DNA of 63,993 nt, the filler included, from Bigelowiella natans CCMP2755 (lineage: Eukaryota > Protista > Cercozoa): assembly GCA_000320545.1 (NCBI GenBank). It is 7 parts of 7 records of this genome, joined end to end, with 100 filler letters (N's around TTAATTAATTAA, not from the genome) between each part and the next. Parts side by side here need not be neighbours in the genome. Positions count along the whole stretch, not along the records: positions 59,750 to 62,469 come from ADNK01000789.1; positions 62,570 to 63,993 come from ADNK01001067.1; 5 more parts are not named here. The stretch is one strand, 5' to 3'. The stretch's first letter is position 1; each line of letters starts with the position of its first letter. Under the pieces are notes generated by a model. The model saw only the letters and a program-made list of their open reading frames with translations. It was not told where the DNA came from and did no database searches. This document shows, piece by piece, positions 61,550 to 63,993 of this stretch. The translations under genes and the position numbers were made by a program.

Positions 61550-62152
61550 TCAAGACTGGAAGAGCTTCGCAATATCGGCGAAGTCCTTCACCTCCTTCAG
61601 CTTCGCTTTGATGTCACCGTCCAGCTGTATGAGACATTACAGGGAATGATCGGGTCATGACAGAGCAACAATATGTTTTTTATGCGCGCACACGTAATAT
61701 CAACATCACCACCATCACGCCGCTCCCCTCACTTCTCCCTCTCCCCCCCCCCCCCCCCCCCTTTTTTTTTTTTTTTTTTCCCCCCCCCGGGCAAGGGGGA
61801 AAAAAAAACCTTTTTTTTGAACCGTCGCCCCCAAGGGGGGGGCCAAGTTTTTTTTGGGGGGGGGAGGTCCCGGGTTATAGAAAAATTGGGAAGAAAAGGC
61901 CCCCAAGGTGGTAACCACACCCCCAAAAAAAAAATATATATAAAAATATATTTTATATCCCCAAAAAAAACCCCGGGGGAGGGTTCATTTGTTCATTTTA
62001 AAGAAAAGGGGGGGATCATCATCATCATCATCATCATCATAATCATGGTTGCCCCAAAAAAAAAGCGGGGTGGGGGTTCAAATTTTCAGGGGCGGGCTGG
62101 GTGTTTTTGCGGGGGAAGGAGTAAATTAAAAAAAAAAAAAAACCCCTCTCAA

Positions 62153-62190
<38 letters not shown>

Positions 62191-62645
62191 CCCTCCCCCC
62201 CTTCCCTTCCCCTTTTCATTTCACCACCCCAATGCCGGATTCCGATCGGGGAACAAGAATTTGAAAATTTCACCCCCCCCCCCCCCCCCCCTCCTCTTCC
62301 CTTCATTAAGGAAATGCCCGTCTTGTTGCTGTACATGCTTTTATCTCACCCCTACATCCAGCTCAAAGATCGACGTATTGTGCGGTGCGAGGTCGCAGGT
62401 TATCGAAACATTGGGAAGAAAACGGCCACAAGGTCGTAAACACACACACAATATATATATATATATATANNNNNNNNNNNNNNNNNNNNNNNNNNNNNNN
62501 NNNNNNNNNNNNNTTAATTAATTAANNNNNNNNNNNNNNNNNNNNNNNNNNNNNNNNNNNNNNNNNNNNTGACACTTTGGATTTGTGTGTCCACACAAAG
62601 TTCATTTACATAATTGTGTGCGTGCGTGTGTGTACGTGTGTGTGT

Positions 62646-62713
<68 letters not shown>

Positions 62714-62738
62714 AGAAAGAAATAGAGAGTGAGAGAGT

Positions 62739-62782
<44 letters not shown>

Positions 62783-63352
62783 GTGTGTGTGTGTGTCTCC
62801 ATTTTCTTCTTTTCGATCTCCTGTGTCGTTGTTATGAGATTGCTGTCGTTATAAGAGTCTTCTGTTGTCATCGCTGGCGCGGCAATTTCTTATACCGTTG
62901 ATGAAGAATCATTTTGGCGTTGGTGATGATGCTTTTCAGTGAATCTCATGTGTGCCTTTCGCGTCGTAAAGGTCTCCCAGGTCCCTCTCCAAATCATCAC
63001 ATTCATCGCTGCGTGCATGCTGCTTTGTGATCAATCGCACCACCCTGTCATCAATATAGTACTACCCTGTTTCTTCTTGTTCTTCTTCTAACGGGCCTCT
63101 CCTTCATGTACTTGCTACTGTTTACAATGGTCTAATCTTCTCTTGCTAGGACATCTTCGGGGGATGTTGGAGCTCTGATGCAGACACCTCCACCCTCCCT
63201 CCGCAGCCTTCTTCGTCGTTACAGAAGAAGAAGAAGAAGACACGCAAGACAACGTCGACATGTAAGAAGTGCAGATGTGTGTGTAGACAAGTGTAAAGGC
63301 CAAATTGCCTTTTCTCTCGCTCTCCTGAGTTTGTGTACGTGTGTACGTGTGT

Positions 63353-63394
<42 letters not shown>

Positions 63395-63700
63395 GTGTTT
63401 TGATACCGGCGACAACGATGATGGTGATGATAATATTGTTGATGATATATCGTTTTGTGCTGGTGTTTGATGTGGTCAATATTCGTGTCATCGTCGTTCC
63501 AATCGGCACACGGAAAAGCAGCACTGAGCGGGTGGCTAGCAGCTCTTTGGCGAGGCTCCTCCTCCTCCTCCCCTTCCTCCTCTTTAGTACTAATAGTACG
63601 GTTAGGCTTATCAGCAGTCATATTGCTGCTCCCTGCGATGATTTCACTGCTATGGATACCAATGTTTTCACGACGAATCATCGGTGTGCAGCCTAGACCG
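61550..63700 (-). CDS. Hypothetical multi-exon protein (partial)
   Basis: Terminal exon cag|LDGDIKAKLKEVKDFADIAKLFQS-TGA (ends 61550). Upstream coding-like pieces at 62900-63100 and 63500-63690. The interval spans a gap. Confidence 0.3.
62470..62569. other. Assembly gap placeholder
   Basis: 44 N + TTAATTAATTAA + 44 N. Confidence 0.98.
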
Positions 63701-63890
63701 CGCTACTACCACACTCCCTCCTCCTTCTTCTCCTCCTCTTCCTCTTCCACCCACCCGTATGAAGAAGGGGCGGCGTCCCCTTTCCTGGGAACGGAGCACG
63801 TTTACGCGCAGGATGGCGTGTTTGCTGGGACGCGGGTGAGGGATTGTTTCTCAGTGTGTTGAAATGTGGTTGCTCTCTGGATGTGTGCTT

Positions 63891-63928
<38 letters not shown>

Positions 63929-63953
63929 GTGGAGCATGAGCAGTACGTAACGT

Positions 63954-63993
<40 letters not shown>

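Noticed and set aside
61740-62330. Apparent duplication: 61862-61920 resembles 62390-62450
   Set aside because: The copy follows a poly-C/poly-T run and is homopolymer-inflated, typical of a low-quality read tail. The 282-aa ORF here is spurious.
23806-62525. Six exact TTAATTAATTAA elements
   Set aside because: Each is centred in exactly 88 Ns, so they are artificial six-frame-stop gap linkers. The PDT 3' end and GCP4 5' end are missing at two of them, so the true gaps exceed 100 nt and synteny across them is unproven.
1-63993. Numerous ORFs with ERERER, HTHTHT, YIYIYI, LSLSLS or CVCVCV runs
   Set aside because: These are translations of intronic dinucleotide microsatellites, not proteins.
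1-63993. tRNA, rRNA or intact transposase/reverse transcriptase genes
   Set aside because: None was recognised by eye. A covariance-model or HMM scan was not possible, so small RNAs could have been missed.

Overview
This is a 64-kb scaffold segment of an intron-rich eukaryotic nuclear genome. It has GT-AG introns filled with microsatellites and six 100-nt assembly gaps (44 N + TTAATTAATTAA + 44 N). A DnaJ-ferredoxin gene of green-algal type carries a signal-plus-transit leader, suggesting an alga with a secondary green plastid such as a chlorarachniophyte (inference). Genes were reconstructed by manual splicing. They include an ankyrin-repeat protein, a five-AP2-domain protein built by tandem exon+intron duplication, a DnaJ/4Fe-4S protein, a divergent prephenate dehydratase, a PP1-docking/CaaX protein, a bZIP factor, a secreted DUF4127 + FAD-oxidoreductase fusion, a multipass membrane protein, a stop-interrupted secreted protein and the 3' end of GCP4. 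The most notable locus is a large multi-exon gene (53208 to at least 45915, minus strand). It combines a ubiquitin-like N-terminus, a T4 Rnl1-type RNA ligase, an unassigned domain and a HAD nucleotidase, and lies head-to-head with a calcineurin-like metallophosphoesterase, making a candidate RNA end-healing/sealing system. Several intergenic patches show CpG-deamination decay and share a repeat family. All domain calls come from motif recognition by eye with no database search, and many exon boundaries are approximate.
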